Assembly: GCF_009834535.1 (NCBI RefSeq) | Contig: NC_045696.1 | Span: forward strand, 28,894,001-28,958,000 | DNA length: 64,000 nucleotides | From: Camelus ferus | Taxonomy: Eukaryota | Direction of reading: 5' to 3' | Shown here: in pieces, positions 37,151 to 50,000 of the stretch | Layout: each line of letters begins with the position of its first letter | Position numbering within the stretch: the stretch's first letter is position 1 | Position numbers and translations under genes: made by a program | The notes under the pieces: generated by a model | The model's database searches: none | The model's input: only the letters and a program-made list of their open reading frames with translations | What the model was told of the DNA's origin: nothing

Positions 37151-40100
37151 ACTATATACATCATAGCAATTTCAATATTAGAATAAAAATTTGTTAAAGC
37201 AAAGTGAGAAATTACATTTTATTAAACTCCCCTGACCTGCTCTTGACCCCAGAGCTCCTTCATAACTCCCTATTCACCAATTTCTTCTCCAGTGCTGTGA
37301 CTGCCTACCTAACCGCCAATTAATATTTTAGAATATTCATTAAATAATTGTTTCTCAAGTTATATCAAGACCTCAACACTATGCTAGGGTAGAAGGTGGC
37401 ATTTAAAAACCAACAAAACTATAATGATCTAAAAGAAAAGATCATTTATGCTCTAATCTGATAATGATCTGGACAATATTTTGAAGAATTCCTCATTCAA
37501 ATATTAATCATATTGATTGATCCATATTCTTCACAGCAAAAAAATGAAATGCAGATTTTACCTTTAATAGGCTATGGTTTTCTTAATATAATTTGATTGA
37601 TACGTATTACAAAAATATGGTATTAGAAATGGCAAACATGCTGTTGAAAATGGAGAAACTGGAAATCAAAGCACCTAGTTCCTAAAGTCAGTTTTTCATG
37701 TAACTTTCTCTGTGACATTGCAAAAACCTCTCAGTCATTGTGGGATTCTTCACGATAGTTCAACAACAACAAAACAGTAACAAAATGGTGAGTAAAAGCT
37801 GAAGACTCTTTCTATTTTATAAGTAAAATGCAACATCAATATTAGCTTCATTGGTTAAATTTATAACAAATATCAATCACTGTTTTCTCAATTCGGACCC
37901 ATAAACCCCCAAATTCCAGCATGAACAATTTTTGTAATAGCTAACCTTTTCATTTGAGTCTATTGTTTAAAACAGTTTTTATATCCATTATCTCATACCA
38001 TCTTACACACACACACACACACACATGAGGTGAATAGAGTAGGAATTAACCCTAAGTTAGTATTAGCCTTAGTTTGGAAATGGAATAAGAATGATTCAGA
38101 GAAGTTAGGTAACTTGTAAAAGAAAAAAAACCCCACCCAACAAGACACAGTATCTAAAATCACAAAACATTGAAAAACAAGATCAACTTCCTAGAAGTTA
38201 AATAAAGAATGAATTGACAGAGTGGTAGGGTCCAGCACTTAATTACAGTTAGGAAAAAAATATTTTAAAGTAGATAACTTAGAATTTTTTACTCCATTCA
38301 ACTACTTTCTTGTATCTTATTTGATGTGAGTTAATTCAGAAAAACTGACTAAACATATTTCAGTCTTATGCTTATAAAATTTTACCAGATATAGAGATGA
38401 TTCAAGAGAATATCTTTAAGGAAGGGAATATACGGTCTTCAGGGAAGAATTATATTTATCTGTGCTACACATACAAGGTAACTTTTATCAATGTTGTCAG
38501 CCAATTCTGGTTGATAGAGAACCAAATATAAGTTGGATTTTCTTTTTGTCCAAATGTCAGGCTATTTTAACTAAAGATGAAGATGAAACTTTAAAAAATT
38601 TGGAACATTAAGAGTTGCTACCTAAAATTTTCAAATCCTGAGTAAATACAGTTACTTGCTACAATTTTAGGGATTGGTTTATAGAGATGTTGATTACAAT
38701 TCAATAGTTTCTTGAAATTTTTGGTTTTACAATAACTTTCTTAATTCTAATGATCCCAGCCTCCATATTTTAAACTACCTTTACTTTTTCCTTTGAGAAT
38801 TATGAAATAGCTAGGTTAAAGACATTTCTCTATGTTGACTTTGAGATCAATATAAAAGTAATAGCTTTACAAGTACAATTCGTTGATCAGTAAGGTGTCT
38901 GAGTAGCACATACCCTCTTGAGTCGTACCTAATTACCTCATCGTTCACATCTGAGTCATACTTTGCCACACCAATGCAAACCAGCTTTTAAGATGCTGAT
39001 TGAACCTTTGCTATTTTTACCTTATTTCTTATAACCTATGATTATTTCTTATTTCATACGGGACATCTTGTCTGGTAATTGTATGATTCCATTGGTAAGA
39101 GTTCAAAAAGAGAGACAAAACATTTACAGTGTGGTTAAAAAGTGCCAAACTATAACTTCAGCATTAACGATATGAATCAAGAGTAACATTTCTAACACAA
39201 GAGGAAACAAACTGAGAATTTATCAAGCTTTTCCAGTGATTACTTATATGATTTGGGACAAATAATTTAACTTCTGTGTTCTTTCATCTCCATCTGTTAA
39301 TTTATATTCTATGAAGTACTTTTGTGTTATAGAATATTTGCAAGGTAAAGTAATGTTAAAAAGGAAAAAAAAACCAAAAGTGTCATCTGGAAAATGAGGA
39401 TAATGATATAGTAATTGTCAGTTAAACAGTCTGAATTTTTTGGAAGAAAAATATGAAGCAATTTGAAGCATTATTATTTAATGAAAACAGCTATTCTGTT
39501 ACATTTACACGAGCATAACTGTATAAATTATAAATGAATCTTTTTGCTTTGGATAGAAGATGGGAGGTAAAAATTGTCACTCAGCAACAACTTGATACAT
39601 AAAAAGTAAAGAAATTAGCTTTGTCTACTTGTTTAACAGGCAAATCAACCTAAGAGTGAAATCTCTTTCAATGATAAGAAAAAGGTTTAATAAGCTTATC
39701 TTTTGGGCCTAGCTCTGTCTTTTCATTGTTTGTGTAAAAGTTAAATGTAAAATATTTCATCCATATTTTGGTTATTTCCTGCCTTGAAAAATTTTTTAAA
39801 CATAAACTTAAAAAGGGATCTTTTATCATAGATGTGATAGCATCACCTCTCAAATTTCTTATTGGACGTTGTCACTGTTTATATCCATTTTCCAATAAAT
39901 ATTTATTGGTGACCTATTAAATACAATGTACTAGGATTTGTGAGGTTTAAAAGGTCATGTAAAGCTCGCTAACTATGGTACATGGTAGGTGGAAGCACCT
40001 AGTTTTAATGACCCAGCAGCGAGTGTAAACCAGCTCCACTTCGGGAAGGGAAGAATGTGGTCTATAAGGACACTCAGTGTCTCTCAGGCCAGTTTCCATC

Positions 40101-41041
40101 TACATGACGAGAACATGGTCCAGGGAGTCCCACAGTCTTTCTCATCTCTCAATTATACTTTTTCCCTTAAAGTCTTCTCTGTTGAGACTGGATACTCAGG
40201 AAGCATCACTCTTTTTCAAATTCTTTTCACTTTTCTAGTAAAAAAATAAATACTTGGCCTGCCAGTTTATGAAGGTGTATTTTTCCTCCTTCTACTTATT
40301 TATACAGATGATTTATTGCTTAATAAAAAGAAAAGTAAATTTGGAATTTTTAGTTAATGAAACTTTCACTTAAATTCTGACAATAACATCTTGGCATATA
40401 TTGTGAGAAAATTATTTAATACTTATTCACTGTCTGTTGAATAAGGATGATGTGAATTGGCTCTGTTACTGAGTGTGATTAATAAGTTAGGAAGTATTTT
40501 AGCAACTCTTTATAATGTTCCTGTGTATGTAGAGTGCTGTGAGGATTTCTGTCAATTACCAAAAACTGGCATTAGTTCATACCTTCAAATAACTAATAGT
40601 CCAGGGAGGGAATCTGATATGTATAGTACGTTAAAATGACACAAGGAAATATATTTTAAATGCTTAGAAGCTATGCAAAGTATAGTGCCAGTGCCAAGAA
40701 TTAAAAAAGAAAAAATAATTTATAAAGACAAATTCTAACTGAGGATCAGGAAAAAACTTAAGGGAGAGAAAGATTTTGAATATGAGTAAATTTTCCATTG
40801 GTGAGTAAGTGTCAGAGCATATTCCTACAACAGGAATTCTGTAAGAAGAATAATTCCGAGGGAGGAAAGTGTGGCTTGTTCAAACAACAGTTTTAAGTGA
40901 GTCGTGCATATAATATAAGAGGTCTAAAAGAGGGAAGATGCCTAAAATGTGACCAAATCAATATCAGGCTTAAGTTTAATATAAAAAATGCAGAGCTAAG
41001 ATAATACATATCAGACCAATTGATTCATCATAGCATCAGTG

Positions 41042-41111
41042 TGTTCATAAACTCATAAGCACATGAAGGTTCTGTATGTTCATAAACTCATAAATGTGTG
41101 AAGATTCTTAT
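41042..41111. repeat. 35-bp tandem duplication (2 copies)
   Basis: tgttcataaactcataagcacatgaaggttctgta / tgttcataaactcataaatgtgtgaagattcttat. Confidence 0.85.
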
Positions 41112-42225
41112 AAGGCAATGAATGTATCAATACAAGTAGGAGTTAATATTATACATTTCAAGGATTCTTAGAAAAATTGAGTACATATTAAGCTAAATAA
41201 GGATTCATTTCTTTTTTCGAAATGGTTATATAAGCCTCAGGTAGTGCAAATAATCATATAAATGCTTGCTAATTGAAACAACAAGTCCCCTATGACTTGC
41301 ACTTCGTTGGTATTTGCAAGACTTTTATGTTATCTTGAGAGAAAGAGAAACTGCAAAAGGTTAATGGCTTGTAAGAATTAAATGAATATATGCATTTTAT
41401 TCATTTTTTAAATAGAGCACTGTTATGTGTTGGGGAAAAAATATATTTTTCTGGAACTGAGTTGAGCATGATAAGACATTTACAATGGGCAAAAGACATA
41501 GTCACCTGCCTGAAAATAGGAGACAAAATATTCTAGAGTATCCTATGTGTTTTTATCCAGCTCACTATTCCTGAAATATAACTCCTGATGGTAGTTATAT
41601 CATTCATAGCCTTCTTAATATGAGCGCAAAATATCTTAGAGGCCCACATACTCAGGGTAAAAAATGCATTAGTTCTAAAAGTGTTTAGAGTCTTCTCTCC
41701 CACAGAGTAAGGAATTATAATCAAATGAAAGAAGTTTAAATAAAGTTTATCCCTTTCTGCATATTAATCTTCTCTTTTAGATAGAAATTGTAAGTACAAT
41801 TTCATTTCCAATAATAATTATCATAAATGAATTAATTTTAATATTTTAAAATATATAAAAGTTCTTATCGTTTCAATACATTTCTAAGTGAGATTTTCTT
41901 CTGAAAGAATTAAAATGACACCATCTATGCAACTGTTAATCAATCACCATCTAATAAAATGTATCACCATTAAATGCTAATGTATATTTATCACAGAGGC
42001 TATGAATGAGCTTGACCCAAACTTGTATTACAAGAGCGTAAGATGTTATCGCTTGTAAAGCTTCTCATTACACAATGTAAAAAAATACAAATGCAAATAA
42101 TAAAGTCTAAAGTTTTAATGACAACTTTCAAAGAGATATTGTATCAGAATTCTGCTTCAAATTCAATCTAGAATGGCAGGCTTTAATCAGCACGGAACTA
42201 GTAATACTGAAAATAATATATATTT

Positions 42226-43484
42226 GAGATTGATCAAGATAGCTTAGTAAAAAGACATGGAGCTCACCTCATCCCATGAACACATCGAAGTTACATCTAC
42301 ATGTGGAACAATTCCCACTGGAAACTGAAAACTGGCAGAAGGATTCTAACGCAACCAAGGCTGCAAGAAAGATACACGGTCATTTGTAGGAAGGAAAGAA
42401 AATCAATCCAGGTTCAGACCTGTGCCCCAGAACGGGACTCAGAGGAAAAAGGAGATTATACAGGACAACTTCTGCCCTGGGAAGTGAGCTGCAATGCCAC
42501 AGAATGGATGCCATACGCCTGGAGTCCTACACAGGGGAGATGAGCTCCCTTGACTGTCTGGAGGACCACTGGGACTGACAGGTGGGCAGTGGGAGGCCTA
42601 ATCAGCTATCAGCTGATTTCTTTGTAGAAAATTTGCAGGCTAGAATGGAGTAACATGATACACTCAAAATCCTGAAAGGGAAAATCCTGCAACCTAGGAT
42701 ACTTCCACACAACAAGTTTATCATTTAGAACCACAGAAGTGATAAGGAACTTCTCATACAAGCAAAAGCTAAGTCAGTTCATCAACACTAAACTATCCTA
42801 AAACAAATGCTAAAGGGTTTTCTCTAAAGGGTAAAGAAGTAAGAAGAGACAGGAAAGGGACAATCCCACTAGGAGAAGCAAATATATAGCAAGGACTGAG
42901 GATGAACCACTTGAATAAGCATGATTGTAAAAGCGACTCTGACTGAAATAAATTTAAGGGATAAACATGAAAATGCAAAACATGACATCAGAAACACAAA
43001 ATGTGGCGGTGGAGAGTAAAAAAATACAGATATTTTAGAATGTATTTAAACTTAAATGACTACTAGTTTAAAACAAATAAATATAGTTATAGGTCAACTG
43101 TTATGAACCTTATGGTAACCACAAATCTAAACCTACAATAGATACATTAAAAACTAAAAAAGTTAGGAACACAAGTATGCTACAAATACAATTACTGATG
43201 AGGATGAGGAGAAAAGGGAACTCTAGTACCCTGTTGGTAGGAATGTAAACTGGTGCAGCCACTATGGAAAACAGTATGAAGTTTTCTAAAAAAACTGAAA
43301 GTAGAACTCTTCTATGACCCAGCAATTCCACTACTGGTATATATTCAGGAAAAAAAAATAATGAAAACACTAACGTGAAAAGATACACACACCCCAATGT
43401 TCATAGCAGCACTATTTACAATAGCCAAAGTTTGGAAGCAACTCAAATGTCCTTCAACAGACAAACGGATGAAGAAAATGTGTG

Positions 43485-43530
<46 letters not shown>

Positions 43531-43560
43531 CAAACACAGTGGGATACTGGAATATTACAC
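42226..43560 (+). mobile_element. Internally deleted L1: 5' UTR (about 42226-42600), ORF1 end and inter-ORF spacer (about 42601-43183), ORF2 end (about 43184-43560)
   Basis: 'catggagctcacctcatcccatgaacacatc...catctacatgtggaacaatt' (5' UTR); 'ctatcagctgatttc...gcaggctagaatggag...aacctaggatact' (ORF1); 'gaggatgaggagaaaagggaact...gaatgtaaactggtgcagccactatggaaaacagtatg' and the MFIAALFTIAK frame (ORF2 end). Confidence 0.85.
43480..43527. repeat. (TG)n microsatellite
   Basis: Direct reading. Confidence 0.95.
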
Positions 43561-44809
43561 TGGGAAGAGAATCACAAACTGAAATCAGAAAATAAATGGG
43601 TATACTTTCATACATAAGAAATTATTAAAGATTTATCACAAATTTAGCCTTGAGTTTTCATGCAACCAAATAAAAGAAACATATGGGCAAATTTTACAGG
43701 ATCACGTTCATATCTTTAAGGTAGTAATATGCTGGATTTAGTAAGATTTCACCATTTAGAAGAATTATCTGCCGGCCCCCATTGCACCTCAAACTCGTTT
43801 TGGCTAACATGCTTATAGAATGGTTTCCTTTATCTTTAAAAATAGGTTTGGGGTACCTGGCTTATCTTTTTGAATTCCAGAATCACATCTTTCTTTTGCT
43901 TAATAAAGTTAGTTTGTATTATATTTTGCTTTTATTCACTGTTTTGCCCAATGAACTTTCAGGTTTTATCTAGAAATTTCTTACATAAAATTTGGATCTT
44001 TGGCTCTCCTAGCATCTCTGATGTTATTTCTCATTGTCTCATTCACTTTCTCGTTGTCTTAGTCTGGATGGAATGTATCAAGTTAGACTCTTCCTTTACT
44101 AAAACTTGTTTCTATAGTGTTTAATGATCAGAGCTACTGCTATAGTTTTATTTCAGCAATGAAGGCTTTATCTCTCTGTATTATTTCCCTGATAGAAGAT
44201 TACTGCCTCTTAGCTCTAGGTTCATGGATGTAACACAACCTTAAATTTTATTTTAACATAAATGTGAAATTACTGTAAATCCATACAGAAAGAAGTAGTT
44301 TCTCTTATTATTCAAGATGGGCTCTTCCTTTCAAACTGTAGTGTTTCCATAAAGCTGCTGATATTTCACTAATTGTTTATTTCTATACGCTCCTCTATAT
44401 TTGCCTTTTAATGATCTAAAATGAAAAAAGATGTGGGATGGTTCTTGATGGGCATTGTAAGTAACACAATAAATCCATCCTGTTCAGATGAAAAAAGGAT
44501 TTATATAGTTCAGACTGGGCAAAAATTCACAAACAGGGCATCAATCCTAAATTTTTGGTTAACAAGGAAAGAATTAGGACTAGAATGGAGGAAGTAATTG
44601 AAAGCCAGAACCCTAAGTGGTCTCTACAAAATATATCATCTCCAGACATATTTTTCCCTTCTGAGTTAGTAGGATCAGATATACTAGAAACAAGTCTTGG
44701 CAGTTTCTGTTCTACTCCCTTTTGTTGTAAACTTGTCCAGAAACAAGACCCAAAGGATGCCATGGGTATAGGAGGAAGTTCAGAAGTAATGTTTATATGG
44801 AAAGTCATG

Positions 44810-47070
44810 AGATGTGCTTCTGCCTGGAAGGAGTTCTACTTCCATCTAGAATGCAGAAAGCTGGAAAGAACACTGCTACCACCCTAACAACAAAAGGAAA
44901 GTAGTCTGAAATGTAAAAAAAGATGGGGACTTGCGAGGAGAGACAGGATACAAGCACCGACACACATGTGGCCAAATAAAGGAGAGGAGATTCTGGGTAA
45001 CATAAGAAGATTCTGGGCGCAGGTAAGAAGAATGCAACTAAGTTCAATAGACTGCTAAAAGTCTAAATGTAGTTAATTTAATAGTACAGAAAACAATAGG
45101 AGCCACAGACACAAGGGAAGTTCATAACCATTCCTAGGTTCTTCTCCACCACACTCACTGGCTGTTCATGAGAAAGATTCAACAGAGTGGGAGCTGAGAG
45201 AAAGCCTCCAGTGGTGGTGAAGATCTGGAGACAGTGGGGGACCCCCATGGGAAAAGCAAAAAGGCCATCCCAGACAATTCTACCTTAAGCAGGTAGTGAA
45301 AAGGCAACTTACCCTGTCTCCTCAAGGACATGGAGAGAGGCTTAGGAAAGGGCACATACCTGCCACAGGTACAGACCATAAAAGGGTTTTGCTAGTGGGA
45401 GAGGAGTAGAGAATTCTTTCTCTGATAAGATCCACCAAAGACACACAACATAGTTTGACCAAGAACAGAATTACTGAGTAAGTGATTGTGAGATGTAGAG
45501 ACAGAGGTAGCCTAAGAATGATGTTGGACCAGAATGAGAGAGAACATGCTTACACACAGACACACACACACACACACACACACAGACCCCAGCACTAAAT
45601 AACAAGCAACAGAGTCAACTATGGAGGGAGGGGCAAGAGTATAGGGAGAGATCACATTTGAATAATAGGCACACAGGGTAAAGTAGAAAGTCGAGGGTAG
45701 GTCAGAAGTATTGAGAAAGACTGTTTCGCAAGCCAAACATAACTGATTAACAAGGAAACAGATAGGACTAGAATTAAACATAACTGATCTTTTATCAAAA
45801 CTGAAAAGAAAATTTATTAGAAAAAGAAGTCTTTTTAAATAAATGGTACTAGAACAATTAGATATCTGCATGCAAAATAAATAAATGAATGAATGAGTTA
45901 ATGAATACATAATAAATTTCTGCTCTTTGAGACAGATGTAATAAAAAATGAAAAGATAAGCTTCAGACTGAGAGGAAACATTTGCAAATATATTTCTGAT
46001 AAAGGACTTATATCCACACTATGTGAGGAGCCTTAAACAACGAGAAGTCAAATACAATTAAAATGGGCAAAATATTTCAAGATACTTTATCAGAGATATG
46101 ATGACAAATAAGACAAAGATAAAAAAAAGCTATACAAAATTAGTCATTGGGAAAATACAAATTGAAACCACGGTGAAATTCCATTACACCTATGAGGATA
46201 ACCAAACAAGAAAACCAACAAAAACAACCAAACAAAAAAGTCTAAGTGCAGGAAATTATGTGCAGTAACCAGAACTCTTATAAAGTACTGATAGAAATGC
46301 AAAATCATACAGCCAGTTTGGACTACACTTTGGCAATTTATTACCAAAGTTTAATATTCATTTACCATAGGACCAAATAATCCACACTTTAGCATTACCC
46401 AGGAGGAATGAAAACTTATGTTCATATACAAACATGCACACAAATATGTATAGTAGCTATGTTCATAATTGTTAAAAGTGGAAATCACACAAATGTCTCT
46501 CAAATGATGACTGGATACACCAACTGTGGTACAGCTGTAAAATGGAATACTATTCAGCAATAAGAAGGAATAAGTTATTGATATAAGCAATAACATGGAT
46601 GATTTTTCAATGTATATTGATAAGTGAAAGAAGCTGATCTTAAAAGGCTACATTCAGGATTACCCCCTTTATACGTCATTCTAGAAAAAACAAACAGATT
46701 AGTGGCTCTCAAAGTTTGAGGGTAAGGGGAATGAGTGCTTACGAAGGGGCATGAGAAAACTTTTTTCCAGTAATGGAATCATTCTATGTAATAGGGTTTC
46801 ATGAATCCATACATTTCTCACAACTCACAATGGCAAGCTTTTTTTTTTAAATTATTTTTATTTTATTTTTAATTTTTTTTTAGTTTTTTTTATTTTTATG
46901 GGAGAAGATAATTAGGTTTATTTATTTATTTTAGAGGAGGTACTGGGGATTGAACCCAGGACCTTGTGCATGCTAAGCATGAGCTCTACCACTTGAGCTA
47001 TACCTTCCCCCAGAACTGCAAGCTTTAAAGGGCAAATTTTCTGATTGATGATAGTTTAATAATCTGACTC
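44810..47070 (+). mobile_element. Old L1 (L1MC/MD-like): probable 5' region about 44810-45750, ORF2 end and 3' UTR about 45780-47070, interrupted by a SINE
   Basis: 'aaatggtactagaacaattagatatc', 'tctgataaaggacttatatcc', 'atgaaaacttatgttcatatac', 'aatggaatactattcagcaataagaagg', 'aacagattagtggct'. The 5' assignment is less certain. Confidence 0.75.
46841..47011 (-). mobile_element. tRNA-Ala-derived SINE (camelid Vic-1 type)
   Basis: Minus strand GGGGGAAGGTATAGCTCAAGTGGTAGAGCTCATGCTTAGCATGCACAAGGTCCTGGGTTCAATCCCCAGTACCTCC plus a long A-rich tail. TSD about acaatggcaagcttt / agaactgcaagcttt. Confidence 0.92.
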
Positions 47071-50000
47071 AAAACAACAGTGTTAAAGGTAAACACAACT
47101 GGATATTTGCCAAAGCTAAACAAAGAACACTATGTCAGGCATTCCTATTAATACTAAATACAAAATATATTTATAAAACATGATTAATGTCATAGTAATG
47201 GAATTTTAAGTCTGGCAAATTGGGATCAAGAATTACATAAGTTTTTCTAAGGTAGAAATGATGTGTTCATACTCTGCAGTAGAATCATACAGATCCCATG
47301 CTTGTAGAATGTAGGTCATAACAAAGAATAATGGTGTCTTCACTAGAAATGAGCCATGTACATTCTATTAACACTCAGTGAAAGAAAAAGACATATGCCA
47401 ACTCTTCTACAATAAGCTTTAAAAAGTATTCTTTTCAGAAAATGATCTTGAAAATATAAAGGATAAATCATAAGTTTAGATCATATCAGGTTTACTCTGA
47501 ATTAAAATACCTCGATATTGATCACAGAATAACCAATGATCGATTTCTAAGTAGTTTGTAGAAGACCATTTCCTATACAAGGTAAGTGACTGCCAAAGGT
47601 TAACTTTAGTGAAACAATTAATGTTAAAATAAATGCAGATATGTTAACAAATGGACCTAGGCCAGATACCCAACATTAGCAATTCATGTGCTGTTTTCAT
47701 TTAAATAAATAGTGAATTTCTTTTTTAACAGAATTATTTTATCATAATCTTCACTAAGTTCCTAAAATCTTACCAACATTACACATCTGTTAAGAAATCT
47801 GACACCAATTTTGTGTATATTTTGTATTTTGGGGGCAAGGATATTAGCTGCCTTTGTATAGCAGTAACATTTTTTTTCAATATATTATAAAATTCTGTAG
47901 AATAATGATGCCATGAATCCCACTTTATTTTTACAACACATTCAGTGAAAACTAGTAAAACAACACAAGGATGCAAGCCCAGTCATCTAAGTAACTGCTT
48001 CTTTGGAATATTTTATTGTTTTATTTTATTTTTTCCTGAGGGAAAAAATGGTTCAAGTGTAACTAGGAAATATTCTGATTACCTTAATATTTCCCCACAG
48101 TACTGTGAACTGAAGTGGATAGAATAAAATTACTACTCCAGTAGCCAGGAGTTTGTTGTGCTACGTTTCTTTGGATCACTGTTTTCAGCATTATGGAGGA
48201 AGTCATATTCTAGTTTGACATATGAGATACTAATGGATCATCTAACATTGATAGCACTTATGTATGGTTGTCTTAAAAAAAAAAACAATTTTGTATATCA
48301 AAAGAATTTCTAACCAAAGAGTTTAGACAGTAGATAAGAGTTCTATTTGCTTCAACCTACTCTCTCTCCAGCACTAAACATAACATACACTCTCTAGTGT
48401 CTTTATGTCTTCATTGATAAGTGAAGTTAATCAGTTAGAAAATGTCAGAAGTCACAATTTTTGATGAATCATTTTTTTGATTCATCAGATATTATGAATC
48501 TTTTTTTGCAGTTTGTCAATGAATATTTTTACTTTTTCTATAAAATGAATTTAAATATAAAATATAATCTTTCTTCAACTGAAGTCATTTAAACAAATTA
48601 CACACTATAAGCCAGATCCCAGACATGTTTTTTACTCACAATGTTCTATAAAACAATAGTTAACACTACAGAACCTCCTATAACATGCTTTCCTAAATGT
48701 TTAGGGTTTTCATTTAGCTTTTATAATCCTGTGTTTTCTAACTAAGCCATTTCCCAATAACTACTTTTCAAAGAAGTGATTCTGCTTAGGTCATTTTCCT
48801 TTGATAGTATGCACTTATTATTCCAAGATTAAAAATAAAAGGCTGGGTGGGATATATATTGTGGTTTTCCAATAAAGAAGTTTTTGTGTGCACTCAAGTT
48901 TTGATTATTACCTTGACAATTATTGGGTTTTAAGGATTGTCTTTTTTTTTCTTATTTCTCTGCAGATTGTTCTCTAAAATTTAAGAGATGTGTTTTATAA
49001 ACTATTGACATAAGCCCTTTTTTATACAACTTTAATTATTTCAATTTAGAGCAAGGAATCAAGGAAGCATAATGAGGTAAGAAGAAACTTATCATATTTT
49101 CTTGATGGAAGGTGTAGAAACCAGGAATTTCTCCAAAGTGATTCTGTGTTATCTTAGATGCATATTCTATTACAGTTATGATTTAGACTGATTCGTTTAC
49201 ACTGAGAGTGTATTTGAGTAAAGAGGAAACTAGATTGGAGAAGGCACTGGAAAAATCATCACAGAGTAAAATTAAAGTTCTATCCTTTTTTTCGTTTCTT
49301 TTCTGCCTGCCTTCATCTGAAAATTTGATCCTTAATTCATTTTTCTTGATAATTTAAATGCAAAGTAGTATGATCAGCTAACCTACTAACATGGACCACT
49401 TCTCAGAGGGCAGACTTATCAGGGTTTAGGTTTTGTAAGACAGGTAAAGCTCACCAGCTGGATATGAGATGTTATCATACCTTCACAGTGTAGTGTGAAA
49501 TTAAGTGTAAATTTGCCTTTCCTGGGAGTGTATGCACTGTATGTCTTAAAACTTTTTGAAGAGTAAAAGATTGGTGCTCAATTAAAACTGTTGGGCTTGA
49601 GTGCACAGAATGGGGAGGACTGAGATAAGAGAAGATCTCAGAGACTAAATTCATGCTGTGCAAGCTGTCTCTGTTCGCCCTATACCAATCGTATTTATTT
49701 TCATTGATACATTTGTTGAATCCAGGTTAAAACATTCTCTATAACTGCTTAAAATAGCATCAGTCAGAATTCTGTATAAACCATTTGTCACCCGTCCCCC
49801 ACCCACTGTCCAACAAGAACCCCCCTGAGTTTTATGTAACACCGTTCAGTTGAAAGGACATTTACAGAAAAAATATGTACACGCTATAAATTTCAGCAAA
49901 CACCAAGAAACAATCTGCCTCCGTAATTCAGTGTGCAGGCTAAGTAAAAAACAGAGCCTCTGGTGAATTATTGTTCCCTGTAGTCATAATGCACCTTGTT

